This document shows, one piece after another, positions 1 through 12,400 of a stretch of DNA of 64,000 nucleotides (the first letter of the stretch is position 1; each line of letters begins with the position of its first letter). Origin of the DNA: Octopus vulgaris. Taxonomy: Eukaryota. Made by a program: the position numbers and the translations under genes. Location of the stretch: positions 74,958,001 to 75,022,000 of the forward strand of contig OX597818.1 of the NCBI GenBank assembly GCA_951406725.2. Reading direction: 5' to 3'. The notes below the pieces were generated by a model. The model saw only the letters and a program-made list of their open reading frames with translations, searched no databases and was not told where the DNA came from.

Positions 1-396
1 AAATGGCAGCCTCAACTTGACGGACAGATGCCTCATCAATGGCAGAAGGGGGCGACCAGATCTGGGAGCTGTTTCCACAGAGTTCCGACCATGTTTGAAT
101 TCACGATGCCAGCGTTTTACAAGGTCATATGATGGGGCATCATTACCATCAGTTACTTTCATTTCATCAAAAGTCTCCCGTGGTGTGCGTCCTTTCAAAT
201 ACAAAAACCGGATCACTGCTCGACACTCAACAGGCTCCATTTCACACTTGACTCGGTTCAAACACCTGTAAATCAGAAACCACAATTAATTTGCCACTTA
301 CTCTATAGAGATATACCTAATTGCACATGCAAAATTTCAGCTAGATCAAACAACTGCAAGTGGGTCAGAGGCATTACTTATTGAACGTCCCTCGTA
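1..396 (-). mobile_element. Mariner transposon 5' end (TIR plus transposase N-terminal HTH region), runs off the window
   Basis: Minus-strand translation from ATG at 240 gives MEPVECRAVIRFLYLKGRTPRETFDEMKVTDGNDAPSYDLVKRWHREFKHGRNSVETAPRSGRP, typical of mariner. TIR-like TACGAGGGACGTTCAATAAGTAATGCC ends in TA at 395-396. Confidence 0.9.
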
Positions 397-650
397 TTTA
401 ACACACAAGTCTCATTAATATGTATTTTTTCTGACACAATATGACAGCTAATACAGTTTCACATTTGTATGTACCAGAGTATTTTATGTCATGTTGTTTC
501 ACGTGCACACACACACACACACACCACACACACGCACACGCATGAGCACACATATACATGTGTATGTACCAGGGTGTTTTATGTCATGTTGTTTCACTGT
601 ACACACACACCACACACACGCACACGCATGTGCACACATATATTTGTATA

Positions 651-869
651 CTTTTGTTCTTTTATTCTTATACTTATTTCAGCCATTTTGACTGTGGCTA
701 TCCAGGAACAGCGCCTTTTTGTTGAAGAATTCCACCCCTGGACTTATTTTTTGCAAGCCTGGTACTTAATCTATCGGTCTCTTTTGCCGAACCGCTAGCT
801 TTCAGGGACGTAATCACACCAACATCTATAGTCAAACGATTGTGGGGGTACAAACACAGACACAAACAC

Positions 870-900
<31 letters not shown>

Positions 901-1041
901 CGACGGGCTTCTTTCAGTTTCCGTCTGCCAAATCCACTCACAAGACTTTGGTCGGCCCAAGGCTATAGTAGAAGACACTTTCCCAAAGTGCCACGAGGTG
1001 GGAACTGAACATGGAAGTATGTGGTTGGGCAGCAAGCTTCT
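651..1041 (-). mobile_element. tRNA-derived SINE, family A (CORE-like, internal microsatellite)
   Basis: Reverse complement matches the full copy at 45939-46412. Confidence 0.85.
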
Positions 1042-1139
1042 TTATTTAATTAAATCGGCTATGAAAGTCGTACACAAATGGAGAAGCTGCGGGCTGGACA
1101 AAGACATTAATGAGTTGAGATGAATAATGAACAGGATGG

Positions 1140-2510
1140 TATTAATGAGAGAAGACAAAAGACACCCGCCGATCTTTGCTTCTCTAAAACATTGTTCTTA
1201 TCATTATTTCTTTTGCACTCAAGGTTCTTACAATGAGGCACTAAGCCTCTTACCTCAAATGACACCATGACCTTGAAATGAGGCACTTGGCCTCTTACAG
1301 ATTTCTTCTTATGGGCCATATGCCCTTTCAATACGAGGCACTCATCCTCTTACTTTAACAATTTCCCGCTCCACCGGCACCCCTTCCTTTACGAAGTGAC
1401 ACTCAGGCACTCTGATAGTGCCAAATCAGGGTACCTCGATCGGAAGCGGAATACGTCCACAGGGAAGGAGTCCATTTCAGGTTATGTCTCCTCCACTGGT
1501 AAGCTTTTAAAAAATGCTTTTGCATCGCCTCTCACTTTCTGAAGAGAACCAAATATTGCTCCTCCATTGGGTCGAGGCTACAACTTCCTCCGTCAGTGGC
1601 ACAAATTCCAACGACGGGGCTTCGGAACATGCCGGCAATGTATTAACCGCCGACACTGGCCCTTTTTTCTCCTTTTTGCTACAGGAGGGAATGGTTCCTC
1701 TGCTTTAACCGGAGGATCTTCCCTCGCTACAGCAGTCTCGGGGTCCTTTGGTGGGCAACCATTGTTGCTCACCTTCCTTTTTTTCCCCTTTATTTTTTTT
1801 GGGGGGGCGGGGCTGTTCACTACCTCCGTCTCTCCCTCCGAAGGAAGAGATGGGGTTTCTTCCATCACTAACTGTTCCAGGACCTTACCTTGGTCATCGG
1901 GAAGTTCTTTTTAATATGGCCTGGTTCCAGACACAGGTTTCACTTGGGGGGGGGGCGTCCCTCAAGTATCACCGGATACCTAGAACCGGCCATTTTCAAG
2001 AAGTCTGCGAAAGCCATATTCTTGGCTGATTGGGTCCACGGTGTCAAAACCGCTTTTGACTCCACCCAATCAGCCGCCGGCAAAATTGTGACATTGAGGA
2101 GCTTGGCACCGCTGCCACCCAGACCCCAGCAAATAGTGTCTCCTATCCACTCGGGTTCTATTCCGGGTGGCAAACAGCAGACCCATGCCCTTGTCAACTT
2201 CCTCCAACAATACGTGGGAAGAAACAGTATTTATTCGCCCTCTAAGGGCTGACTTGCAAAATTGCGAGCCTCCTCAGGGGTGTCAAATAGCAACCACACT
2301 GCCGTGTATTGGACACTTCTGGAAATAAATTTTACAGTTGGCATAAACTCCACCAACTCTCTTTCTATGTCTTTCGTTTTCAAGAAGGTAATGGTGTTTG
2401 GCGACTTTTTAGTATGTCCTCAACACCACCATCCTCTCTTCCAAATCTTTCGCCCATTCTTTGGGTGGGACAATCCCCCACTCCAAAACAGTGTCTTGTT
2501 TCTTTGACAT
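1140..2510 (-). pseudogene. Decayed LINE ORF1 (L1/Tx1-like gag-type protein with zinc knuckle)
   Basis: Frameshifted ORF from ATG at 2510. Near 1900-1945 it reads PK*NLCLEPGHIKKNF, a CX2CX4HX4C knuckle with two Cys codons mutated (TGA, TTC). A Pro/Lys/Glu-rich tail follows. Confidence 0.65.
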
Positions 2511-3973
2511 GTTCTTTGAAGAAAACAATGTTCAACGGAAAGACACAAGACAAGGAAAGAAAACAATTCAAGAAAAAAGTTCAAAAAAGAAAGTGATATA
2601 TATATATAATGTATATGTGAATATTTGTGCGTACGTGTGTGTTTAGAATTATGTATTCGAGGCACGGTAATATATAAGCTAAGATCCAGGTACATCAAGA
2701 TATTAATTGCGTTTCAATTCACTGTTGTAGTTTTGTTTTGTTGTTTTTTTGTTTTAAATTCTTCGTTTTCCAATGACATGAATATAACAGACTCGCTGCG
2801 ATCCGTTTTCTTATAGATATAGCAGGTTGTTAGATACATTTAGTCGATAAATATATGAGAATGAATGATAGATACATTTCATTCACAGATATATGTTATT
2901 GATAATGGTACATGATTGACAATGGACATCTGATTATGTAACTTGAAGCAATCTTTATCTTATACATAAATATCTAGCGCGTCGCAGGTAGCATAAACAT
3001 ATTATGTTATTTATTGGTCTGCAGCTGTTATGGGGCACTACAATCAAAGTATTTATTTCATATCGTTCATAATACATAATGATGTTTGTTTTATCAAGCT
3101 CGGAAGAGAAGGAAAATTTACCCAAACATTGAAAAATGTCAAACCTGTGACGGAACAAAATGCGACAGGGCAATTTTGTCCAGTATTTCAATTCTGCAAT
3201 CCGACGCTGATATATTTGGTCTTATGTGTATGTATGTGCACCACAAAAATACCATAATGTAATTACGAGTTAAAATTTATCTCAGGAATTCCCATAACAT
3301 ATAACTTCCAGACGAAATGTTATAAATACAAATTAAAACCTTGATCTAGAAACAATAAGGAGTATGGCCTTTTATACCTTCAACATTAGAATTAAATAAT
3401 ACAATAGAAACAATTAAAAGTAGACTCACGCCTATACCAAACTGTACAAAAAGCCTATACAATTTGACCAAGATTGACAAAATAACAAGCGAAAAAGGGA
3501 ACATTCAAAGAAACACATAGAGATCTTTTAATAAACCCATCATCAGCTGCTCGATTAGAAATCATCATAGTATCAACACCAAACATGTATGTGTGTGTTT
3601 ATATATGCATACATGTACGTGTGTGTATGCGTATATGTATGTACGCAAATGTGTATAAAAGCTGTTGCATATCCTCTCTTAGTTTTAATTTTTTAAAATC
3701 TTCCTAAAAGAAACTGGTTTCCAACAAATGTACAAAACTCCATCTTTGGTATGTAAATGACAAATAGTATATCACATATTGAACTTGGGGTAAGTCCTGC
3801 ATATTTTTTTTTCCACTAACAAATTATTTTTGTAATGTGCATGTTAGCTGGTTGATTTCTTTTTCTGAAAACTCAAGCTTTTCCTGTTCGACTGGAAAAT
3901 ATTTGTTAAGCAAGTTATTGGAATAAGTGTTAAGTAGTAATTACATTATGATGATATGCATACATACATACCG

Positions 3974-4052
<79 letters not shown>

Positions 4053-4074
4053 ATGTATATATGTATATACATAC

Positions 4075-4124
<50 letters not shown>

Positions 4125-4219
4125 TTTTTTCTTTTATACGTTTCAGCCCTAAGGGTTATCAATGCTTAGTCACCGCAGTAAATAAATAAATAAATGTGTG
4201 TGTGCGTGCGCGTGTACGT

Positions 4220-4900
4220 GTGTTTACAGGTGACCACGTATGTGTGAATTTATGTACGTATAAGTGTATTTGCATGTATATGTCAAGTACACTCGCATGA
4301 TCTCAATAAAATAATCATATCTCTTCGTCATTGATGCATACTACAATGAATACTCTCAACAAATAATTATTCACTTGAAGTATCCGTGGAAACTCTACGG
4401 TACAGACAAAACTTTTGAGATGTTTGTAAGTTTATACATAATATTTAATGTTCTTTATAAATTGTATATTCTGCATTATTTTCATTTAGAAACACCTTTC
4501 AGTTCCTGATAAGTCTGTAATTAAGTGAGCATGTCTTTCCCATTTTCTCAGCAATTCAGATGTTCTTTAATAATCTCAGAGCTTCACAATGAATACAGTG
4601 AATATTCATGTCACCAATGTTGTAACTGCCAACCATATGTCTACAGATTTTGTTCGTTTCGACGTTCTCTCTGATTTTCCTTTTATATTCTATCTTGAAC
4701 ACACTTTCTTTAATCTTTTGTAAATATTCATTCCATACTCTTTCATTCATATTTCCCTTCTACTCGCTGATGCACCTGTATATGTTCTAGTGAGTTGACC
4801 CTCTGCTTTTCTTTACGTTGTTGCCTATATTCACTCATTTTTTTCTCGTGTTAGCTTGCATCGTCTGTCATCCATGTTTTATAAACAAATATAAATTTTC
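4220..4900 (-). pseudogene. Helitron Rep N-terminal fragment
   Basis: IGDMNIHCIHCEAL...NC*ENGK...FIKNIKYY resembles the Helitron GxMxxxCxxCxA...CCxxGK...FxxNIRxYN motif. Confidence 0.55.
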
Positions 4901-5869
4901 AAGCGAGCAGATGATGAATAATCGCACTTATCCGTTTGCATTAAGTGATAGAAAATATAACAAAAATAAATTAGTTCAATTAAATAAAATCTAGAGTTTT
5001 CACTCTCTTCTCATCGCGAACACCTCTACCACCATCAATATCACCGCCATCATTATCACAACCACAACCGTCATAAAAATTTTCAGTAACAAAGCATAGC
5101 CTAATTTTTGTGTGCGAAACAAAGATTAATTCATTTCAGCTGTTTGTTTATATCGACTTTTCTTGTTGTCAGTACAAAGTTCGAAGAACGAATTTAAAAA
5201 AAAAACAGCAGCTACGGGTATTTTGTTAAGTTATTTCACTTTCATTATAAAATATATCTTTCTAACTATGATAACTTTATTATTATGCCTAACGTAAGCG
5301 TTCATTCTACCGTCTAGTCATCGATGTATTTGTTAATGTGGATAGATATATAAATAGATCGACAGGTAGAAAATATTCAAACATTGAATACTAACATATT
5401 ATTTACCTGTTAGTCACGCTCTGCTAATCCCTTTATATTTCTCTCTCTCTCTTTCTTTCTCTCTCGCTTTCTCTCATTATTTCCCTCTCTCTATCTCTCT
5501 CTTTCTCTCTCTCACTTTCTCCCACTTTTCTTTATTTAACCTCACCATCAGAACATCACCTCTCCACTAAAGATTGTATTTCTAATCCTCTTTCTCTATA
5601 TTACACTCATCAACTAGTACAACTAGTATTTGCTTCCTCTCTAAACTGGAAGAGAACTGTGCTACGATAATCATCGTAGAGAATAAATCTTAGCAGTAAC
5701 AGTCGTACATCTATTCGTACACACAAGACACACTACATATACATATGTAGTATACACACACACATATATACACACAAATATATGGATATATATATATATA
5801 TGTATACATATACACACATACACATGCATATATGCATATATAATCTTCTCTCTTCGTTCTTATACGCCA

Positions 5870-6350
5870 TTTGGTCTCAACTCTCCCCCCCTCCTCATCT
5901 AACCCCCTCTCCCCCTCCTCACCTATCCTTCCCCCCGACCCCTACTTCTTCAGTCCTTCATCCTTTCACCCCTACTCCCCTTCCCTTCTTCCCTCTTTCT
6001 CCCTCCCTCCTTCCCTCTTCCCTTTGCTCCCTCACTCCCCTTCTCTCTCCCCCTACCCCTCTTTCCTCACCTATCCTTCCCCCCCGACCCCTACTTCTTC
6101 AGTCCTTCATCCTTTCACTCCTACTCCCCTTCCCTTCTTCCCTCTTTCTCCCTCCCTCCTTCCCTCTTCCCTCTGCTCCCTCACTCCCCTTCTCTCTCCC
6201 CCTCCCCCTCTTTCCTCCTTCCTCCCCCTCATCCTCCCCTTCCTTCTCCCCCTCCTCTCTCTCCCCCTCCTCTCCTCCCCCTCTTCTTCCCCTCCTCTTC
6301 TTCCCCTCCCCTTCTCCCCCTCTTCTCCCCCTCCCCCTCTTCTCCTCACT
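5870..6350. repeat. Polypyrimidine (CT-rich) tract with an internal ~150 bp tandem duplication
   Basis: 5915-6055 is repeated at 6065-6203. Confidence 0.85.
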
Positions 6351-6689
6351 ACACCACACGACTTTACACATCACATCATATATGATGTGCCATACTAATA
6401 CATACACCAACTAATACATACTAATACGTACTAATACATACTAATACATACTAATACATACACCAACCCTATACATACACACGTCCAGACCCCTCATACG
6501 CACTTATACTCTCTCATACACACACGCACACACTTATACATACTAATACGTACTAATACATACTAATACATACTAATACATACACCAACCCCATACATAC
6601 GCCTGTCCAGACCTATCCTAGGGTCATTCAACCCTATTATCAACCCTATTATCTCCCCTTATTTCGCTGTCACGTCTCATGTTTGATCT

Positions 6690-6923
6690 TTGACCTCTGG
6701 CCGAAATCAGAGCGCCATGTTGATTCGTTAGTTACTGCACGCATTTTTTTTCTCTCCTTCTTTCTGTGTTTTTTTTCTCTCTGTGTATCTTTCTGTTGAA
6801 GAGCGTAGGCTCGAAACGTTAAAGACTTGTTTTATTTATATTTCCTGAGCGCCATACTAATACAATTGTTTGTTTGTTTTCCACCTGCCTTCGTCTTTTG
6901 TCTATTTTCATAAAGCTTCCCGT

Positions 6924-6925
<2 letters not shown>
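6690..6925 (+). mobile_element. Solo PLE-type terminal repeat, family E, ending at (TA)n
   Basis: Highly similar to 43000-43213; related to minus-strand copies at 7298-7500, 14280-14484 and 16770-16970. Confidence 0.65.
6788..6825 (+). ncRNA. Type I hammerhead-like motif, A6U core variant
   Basis: TCTTT-CTGTTGA-A-GAGC gtag GCTC-GAAAC-GTT-AAAGA; stems I and II pair. Confidence 0.55.
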
Positions 6926-7010
<85 letters not shown>

Positions 7011-7039
7011 TCGTAGAGAATAAATCTTAGCATTAACAA

Positions 7040-7261
7040 TCGAGCTGGCAGAATCGTTAGCACGCCGGGCGAAATGCGTAGCCGTATTTCGTCTGCCGTT
7101 ACATTATGAGTTCAAATTCCGTCGTGGTTGACTTTGCCTTTCATCCTTTCGGGGTCGATAAATTAAGAACCAGTTTCGCACTGGGGTCGATGTAATCAAC
7201 TTAATCACTTTGTCTGTCCTTGTTTGTCCCCTCTATGTTTAGCCCCTTGTGAGTAATAAAG

Positions 7262-7265
<4 letters not shown>
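7040..7265 (+). mobile_element. tRNA-derived SINE, family B
   Basis: GAGCTGGCAGAATCGTTAG head, GAGTTCAAATTCC B box, GACTTTGCCTTTCATCCTTTCGGGGTCGATAAA body; many copies in the window. Confidence 0.85.
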
Positions 7266-7301
<36 letters not shown>

Positions 7302-7693
7302 CAAATTTACAGAAAACAAAAGACGAAAACAGGTGTAGGAACAACAAGCAGGTGTGTTAGGGTAACCCTTTGGAAGAATGGAAAAGTCTTTTACGTTTCG
7401 GGCCTACGATCTAAGACAGAAAGGATTAAGAAGGAAAGAAAATTTTAAAAAAGGTAAGAGAGAAAAAAAGTTTTTTGAATGGATCAACATGACGAAATAG
7501 CCACAAGAAGGCTGAATGAAATGGAGATAATGATGATGACCTAGTCAAAGGTATTTATTCTCATTTACGTGCGTAACTATGTGTGTCAGTGTATATGTAT
7601 AAACGGGGGTCTTTTGAGCGAGCTGAAAAATATGTGGATATGCGTGTGTTTGTGTGTGTGTGTATAAGTGACCAACTGCGTATATTACGTAGT

Positions 7694-7730
<37 letters not shown>

Positions 7731-7734
<4 letters not shown>

Positions 7735-7995
7735 TAATGAGGGTAGAAATTGATATCAATCAATTAAAACAAGTGGCTTAGCATATTTTTAAAAATCCGA
7801 AGATTAAAAATTATATTAGATGCAAAATTAAACGAATGACCACCAAGGTGGGCTCCTAATACGTTAAAGATAGACGTCAAATCGGTTTACGATGAGTGTG
7901 TTCATTCTCATGATAAGGCGATTTGATGTCTATTTTAAGCATATTAGGAGACCACCTTGGTCGTCATTCCTCTTAATTTTGTATGTAATATATAT
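7731..7995 (-). mobile_element. TA-flanked fold-back element, family shared with 19330-19755
   Basis: Inverted repeat 7815-7884 / 7919-7990. 7731-7884 is the reverse complement of 19594-19750. Confidence 0.65.
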
Positions 7996-8384
7996 ATATT
8001 ACACACAAAATATATATATGACATACAATATATATATATATATATATATATTGGAATATCCGGATCTGCAATTAAAAAAATGGAATAGAATGTTTTCTTC
8101 TTACAGAAAAGCAGCATCCCATACAAAAACTGAATTCGTCCGTTTATACAGCAAGAGATTGTGGTGGACACTGCCTGAAGAATGGAGTTCATGCAGTCAG
8201 TATTTTCTGTGTATTCTAAACTCCATTCAAGATTCTTATAGCTGTTCCGCTATGTTGTCATTAGTAAACATATCCATGATCTGGACGCTGGTTAGACAAT
8301 TGAAAGCACACTCGCTGCGCTTTATATATCCTTCGCTGTACTACACACGCGCATACATACTTACGCACACGCACTCGCTATATA

Positions 8385-8446
<62 letters not shown>

Positions 8447-8651
8447 CACACTAAGAATGCACACTCTTATATAACAAATGTATATCAAGATGAATTGAAG
8501 TAGAAGACAGTTGATGTTTCCGATTTAATTCGCATGAATTTATCGATAATTAATTGGAAATACATTTGAAAAGAGAGGTTTTCTTCCTTTCCTACAAATA
8601 CTCAATCTCACACATGCACTAATACATATGTGTGTGTATGAGTGTGTGTAT

Positions 8652-8689
<38 letters not shown>

Positions 8690-9558
8690 ATTTACATACA
8701 GGTGTGTGCATATAGATATATATATATATATACACTTATATATATGCATGTATGTGTGTATGTATGTATTATATATGTATGAATCCTGAAATTGGTCATT
8801 CCTGGTGTTAATTTTATGTACTCTTACGACTTTATTTTAGTTTGTCTTTCTTTAATCTTCAAAGAACAACTTAAACTTGACAGAGAAACGTGATAAGGGT
8901 TTACAGTCGGCTTCAAGCGACGGACTATTGTCAATTGGAGTCTTCTCATCCAGAAAATTTCTTTCGATCTTATGTTAATGATCATGATTGATTGTCTCCT
9001 TCTAATACAAGATTATAAATATCTTTAAGTATCCAAGATTTAGTGTGGCGTTCATAAATATTTGAACAACTAGAAGTATCGCAGTAGCAATTTATCATTA
9101 TTAGATGAGATAAACGATCCTCTGAAAAGATATTTCTTTTTTAGATGTATTGTGTAATTTCTTATTTTGATAAGTCACGTGAGTGATTACTTTAGCAATA
9201 TGGTAGATGGCTAGAGGAGTGGAATATAAAGTAAGATCACGCAGTAGAATATATATGCAACATCTGAAACGAGGAAGTGAAACAGAAGATAAATCGTGTA
9301 AGATTTCATCCTATTTTGATTTTTATTGAAGAATAGTGAAGACGGACATGTGAATTTTCTCGAAATTATAAAAAGCGTATACGATCTGAGAATTTTAGTG
9401 TGAAGTGAATAAGAAATAAATCCTATTACGGATAACATGTCCAAACGGTCGAATGCCTACTCCTAACACATAGGTGGACTGAGATATGAAGAACTATTTA
9501 CCCAAGACCTGCTGCAGATTTTAAATGTGGACAATTTGAGATAGATAGACAGATACAT

Positions 9559-9616
<58 letters not shown>

Positions 9617-10559
9617 CAGATACATGATAGATAGATAGATGCATGTATGTATGTATGTATACATACACAAACACTTGCACATTACACATGCACATGTACA
9701 CATATACATGCGTGTTTGTAAGTTTGCATCTGTGTATATGTATTTGTTCTGTACCAGTTCACGAATGAATAAAATAATGATATGTACATATATATTTTAA
9801 CACGATCCTGCACACTTGAATGTGAATGGTATTTGAAACGGATTTTGACTCGGAGAAAAGTTTCCCCTTGTAAATTGTATGTGTATGTAATGCAATCAAG
9901 GCCAGCGGACTACAAGGCACCAATGCTTCAGCGTGAATTCACGTCTCAGGCATGAATTCCGCATCTGACTTTTGGAATAGGCAAGAAGTGTTGTTTCTAT
10001 GTAGAAAATAATAGACAAAACATTTGCTTGTGTGTATCTATGTAGGAACCCGGAATTATTTCGAACTCGCATCATTTGGCAGTTCCGGCGCCCATAGCAG
10101 ACGAATCTCGTCTACCAACGATATAAATGTGAGTGCTTTTATTCAGCATGTGTCCATGTGGGAGATCCTCTCAAGGTAAATGTCGTAGAAAGGATTGTAG
10201 AAACGTATGATCACACTCCCATAATTATGTAAGCGCCTACCTGGATGAGATTTTGCTAAATTTTGGATTAACCAAACAAATACAGTAGGTCGTACACCAC
10301 TAGGCTGGGGATTTTTTTAATGGATAATTAAAAGGCAAAGTTTAGGATAGAAAACCAGCAACAGTTGGCGAATACTATGCGTACAAATACCAAACAAAAT
10401 GTTTATTGAAATTAGGGAATCCACGTTATTAGCAGTGCTTGAACTAGAATTGTCGTCTGTTTGAAAATGGGCGATCGTAATATAAATTCAATTCCCTGTG
10501 TAGTTCCTGATACATTTTTAAAGTGAAATATATTTATATAAATACTTACTCAAAATGTA

Positions 10560-10735
10560 CGTGTATTTCGGAGGTAATATACATATACACACAAATTTCG
10601 CCGGGGTCGACTTTGCCTGTGATTCTTTCGAGTTCGATAAATTAAGTACCAGTTGCGTACTGGGGTCGATGTAAACGATTGACCCCCTCCCCAAAAATTT
10701 CGGGCCTTGTGCCTAAAGAAAGTAGAAAAGAATAC
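10560..10735 (+). mobile_element. SINE family B, partial
   Basis: GGGGTCGACTTTGCC...AAGTACCAGTTGCGTACTGGGGTCGAT...GCCTTGTGCC. Confidence 0.75.
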
Positions 10736-10814
10736 ACTCATACACACACACACCCATATATATATATATATATACTAACGCACTCACACACATTCACACA
10801 CACACACACACGTG

Positions 10815-10840
<26 letters not shown>

Positions 10841-10847
<7 letters not shown>

Positions 10848-11623
10848 ATTAGGGCTTAGTAAAAAAAATTACTTTGCCACATACTGAACTTAGTAGAAAT
10901 AGCAGCCAAGAAAAATTTTTTTAGCCATTTCCACTACTTAAAGGAAATTTCTCTCAGATAATGTTTACTCCAGACCGCTCACGAAGGTTTGGAGGTAAAT
11001 ACAGAAAAATATCACAAGTACATAGATCGTTTGAGTACGTCAACGTTTCAAGATTAGCCAAATAAAATCAGCATTTCTTTCGTCAGCTCAAAATTTCTTA
11101 ATTTGGATTTGGAAACACTAAAAAGAAGGAACTTTACCTCTCGGCGAACTTGTCGCTTCAAATGAACCAGCTCCAACTGCTAGTGCCAACAAATTCAAAA
11201 TGCGCAGGCGTAAATTTCTGCACTCCTTTTCCACCCACGTGGTCTATCTAGCAAACATTATATTTTAACCGCGAGAACCAAGGCAGTATGACAGAGAGAA
11301 ATGAATTATAATATCAACAACTGAGGGTAATATTAATTAATCAATTTCACCAAGTGTTCAGTATGTAAAAGGACCATTTAAGGCGAATTCAAAATATTAC
11401 ATTATATAATTAGGGCTTAGTAAAATAAATTACTTTGCCACATACTGAACTTAGTAGAAATAGCAGCCAAGAAAATTTTTTTAGTAATTTATTTAGTAAT
11501 TTAGTAATTTATTTTACTAAGCCCTAATTATATAATGTAATATTTTGAATTCGCCTTAAATGGTCCTTTTACATACTGAACACTTGGTGAAATTGATTAA
11601 TTAATTTTACCCTCAATTGTTGA

Positions 11624-11625
<2 letters not shown>
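10841..11625 (-). mobile_element. ORF-less retrozyme-like element with direct terminal repeat, HHR and inverted 5' copy
   Basis: 10841-10924 is repeated at 11402-11484. 11507-11625 is the reverse complement of 11310-11428. (TA)n on both sides. Confidence 0.7.
11030..11092 (-). ncRNA. Type I hammerhead ribozyme, canonical core
   Basis: TTTGAG-CTGACGA-AAGA...TCTT-GAAAC gttgac GTA-CTCAAA: all three stems pair, GUA cleavage triplet. Confidence 0.85.
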
Positions 11626-11654
<29 letters not shown>

Positions 11655-12400
11655 GTAAAAAATACAAACTGGGACAAGAACGCAAACCATTTAGAAGACG
11701 ATACAAAAAACACGGACGGGACATTCGAAGCCTTCAATCTTCAGTCAAGAACCGGATCATCCTCGCAATTTCGGCTGATTAATCTTGAGATTGCACCGAT
11801 CCGGCCAGCCCCAAGGAAAAACTAAGCTACGAGCATTAGATTTCTTGGAAAAAGTCTCGAATGTATACGAAACAGGGACAGAAAAACGGAGGATGACACA
11901 CGAATATAAATACAAAAAGCAATAATAGTAATAGCAGGACAAAAACAGCGGGTGTCTTACGACTATAGACAGTACAACGTAGTGAGCTGGCGTATTTTGG
12001 AAAAAAATGCCTTTTTCGGCAGACGAAGAAAACGATGTTCTCACGGCGGTGGTCGGAAGCCGAAAGGCTGGTTGACCAGCGGTCATGTGAGAGGAGAAGA
12101 AAGAGAAAATAAAAGGGGGCAAAGTAATCAAAGAGAAAGAGAAAAGGAGGGACAAAGGCACCAAAGAGGGGAGAAGAGAGAGAAAGAAGGAATTAAAGAG
12201 GGGGAAGAAATGAGCGTGCCAATGATTGGCTTGGTGACAGAATCAGTGAGGTGCAAAGTGAGAAAGACAGAGAAATATGAGAGAGTGGGGGAAGAGGAGA
12301 CCAAAGAATCAGAGGCAAGAAAATAGAAAAGGAGGAGGAGAAGAGAGAAAGAGACAGATCAAAATGGAGTGCAAAGTGTGAAAGGCAGAGACCCATAAAA
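11655..12400 (-). mobile_element. PLE-type terminal repeat, family D, with purine-rich tract
   Basis: Reverse complement matches 48950-49265 (TCTAATGCTC.TAGCTTAGTTTT.CCTTGGGGCTGGCC); abuts (TA)n. Confidence 0.55.

Noticed and set aside
1232-1353. Three spaced ~22 bp repeats (GAGGCACT...CCTCTTAC) resembling a CRISPR array
   Set aside because: Eukaryotic context, no cas genes, only three degenerate units; they encode a peptide repeat (VRG.VP) at the end of a LINE ORF1 region
3927-4189. Many ORFs rich in YI/HT/VC/YLSI/RE repeats here and throughout the window
   Set aside because: Stop-free translations of (TA)n, (CA)n, (TACA)n, (GATA)n and (GA)n microsatellites
5782-6414. 210 aa Pro/Ser/Leu-rich ORF
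   Set aside because: Translation of a CT-rich low-complexity tract
7892-8503. 203 aa ORF with a possible splice acceptor at about 8106
   Set aside because: Spans an inverted repeat and two microsatellites; no recognisable domain and no convincing donor site
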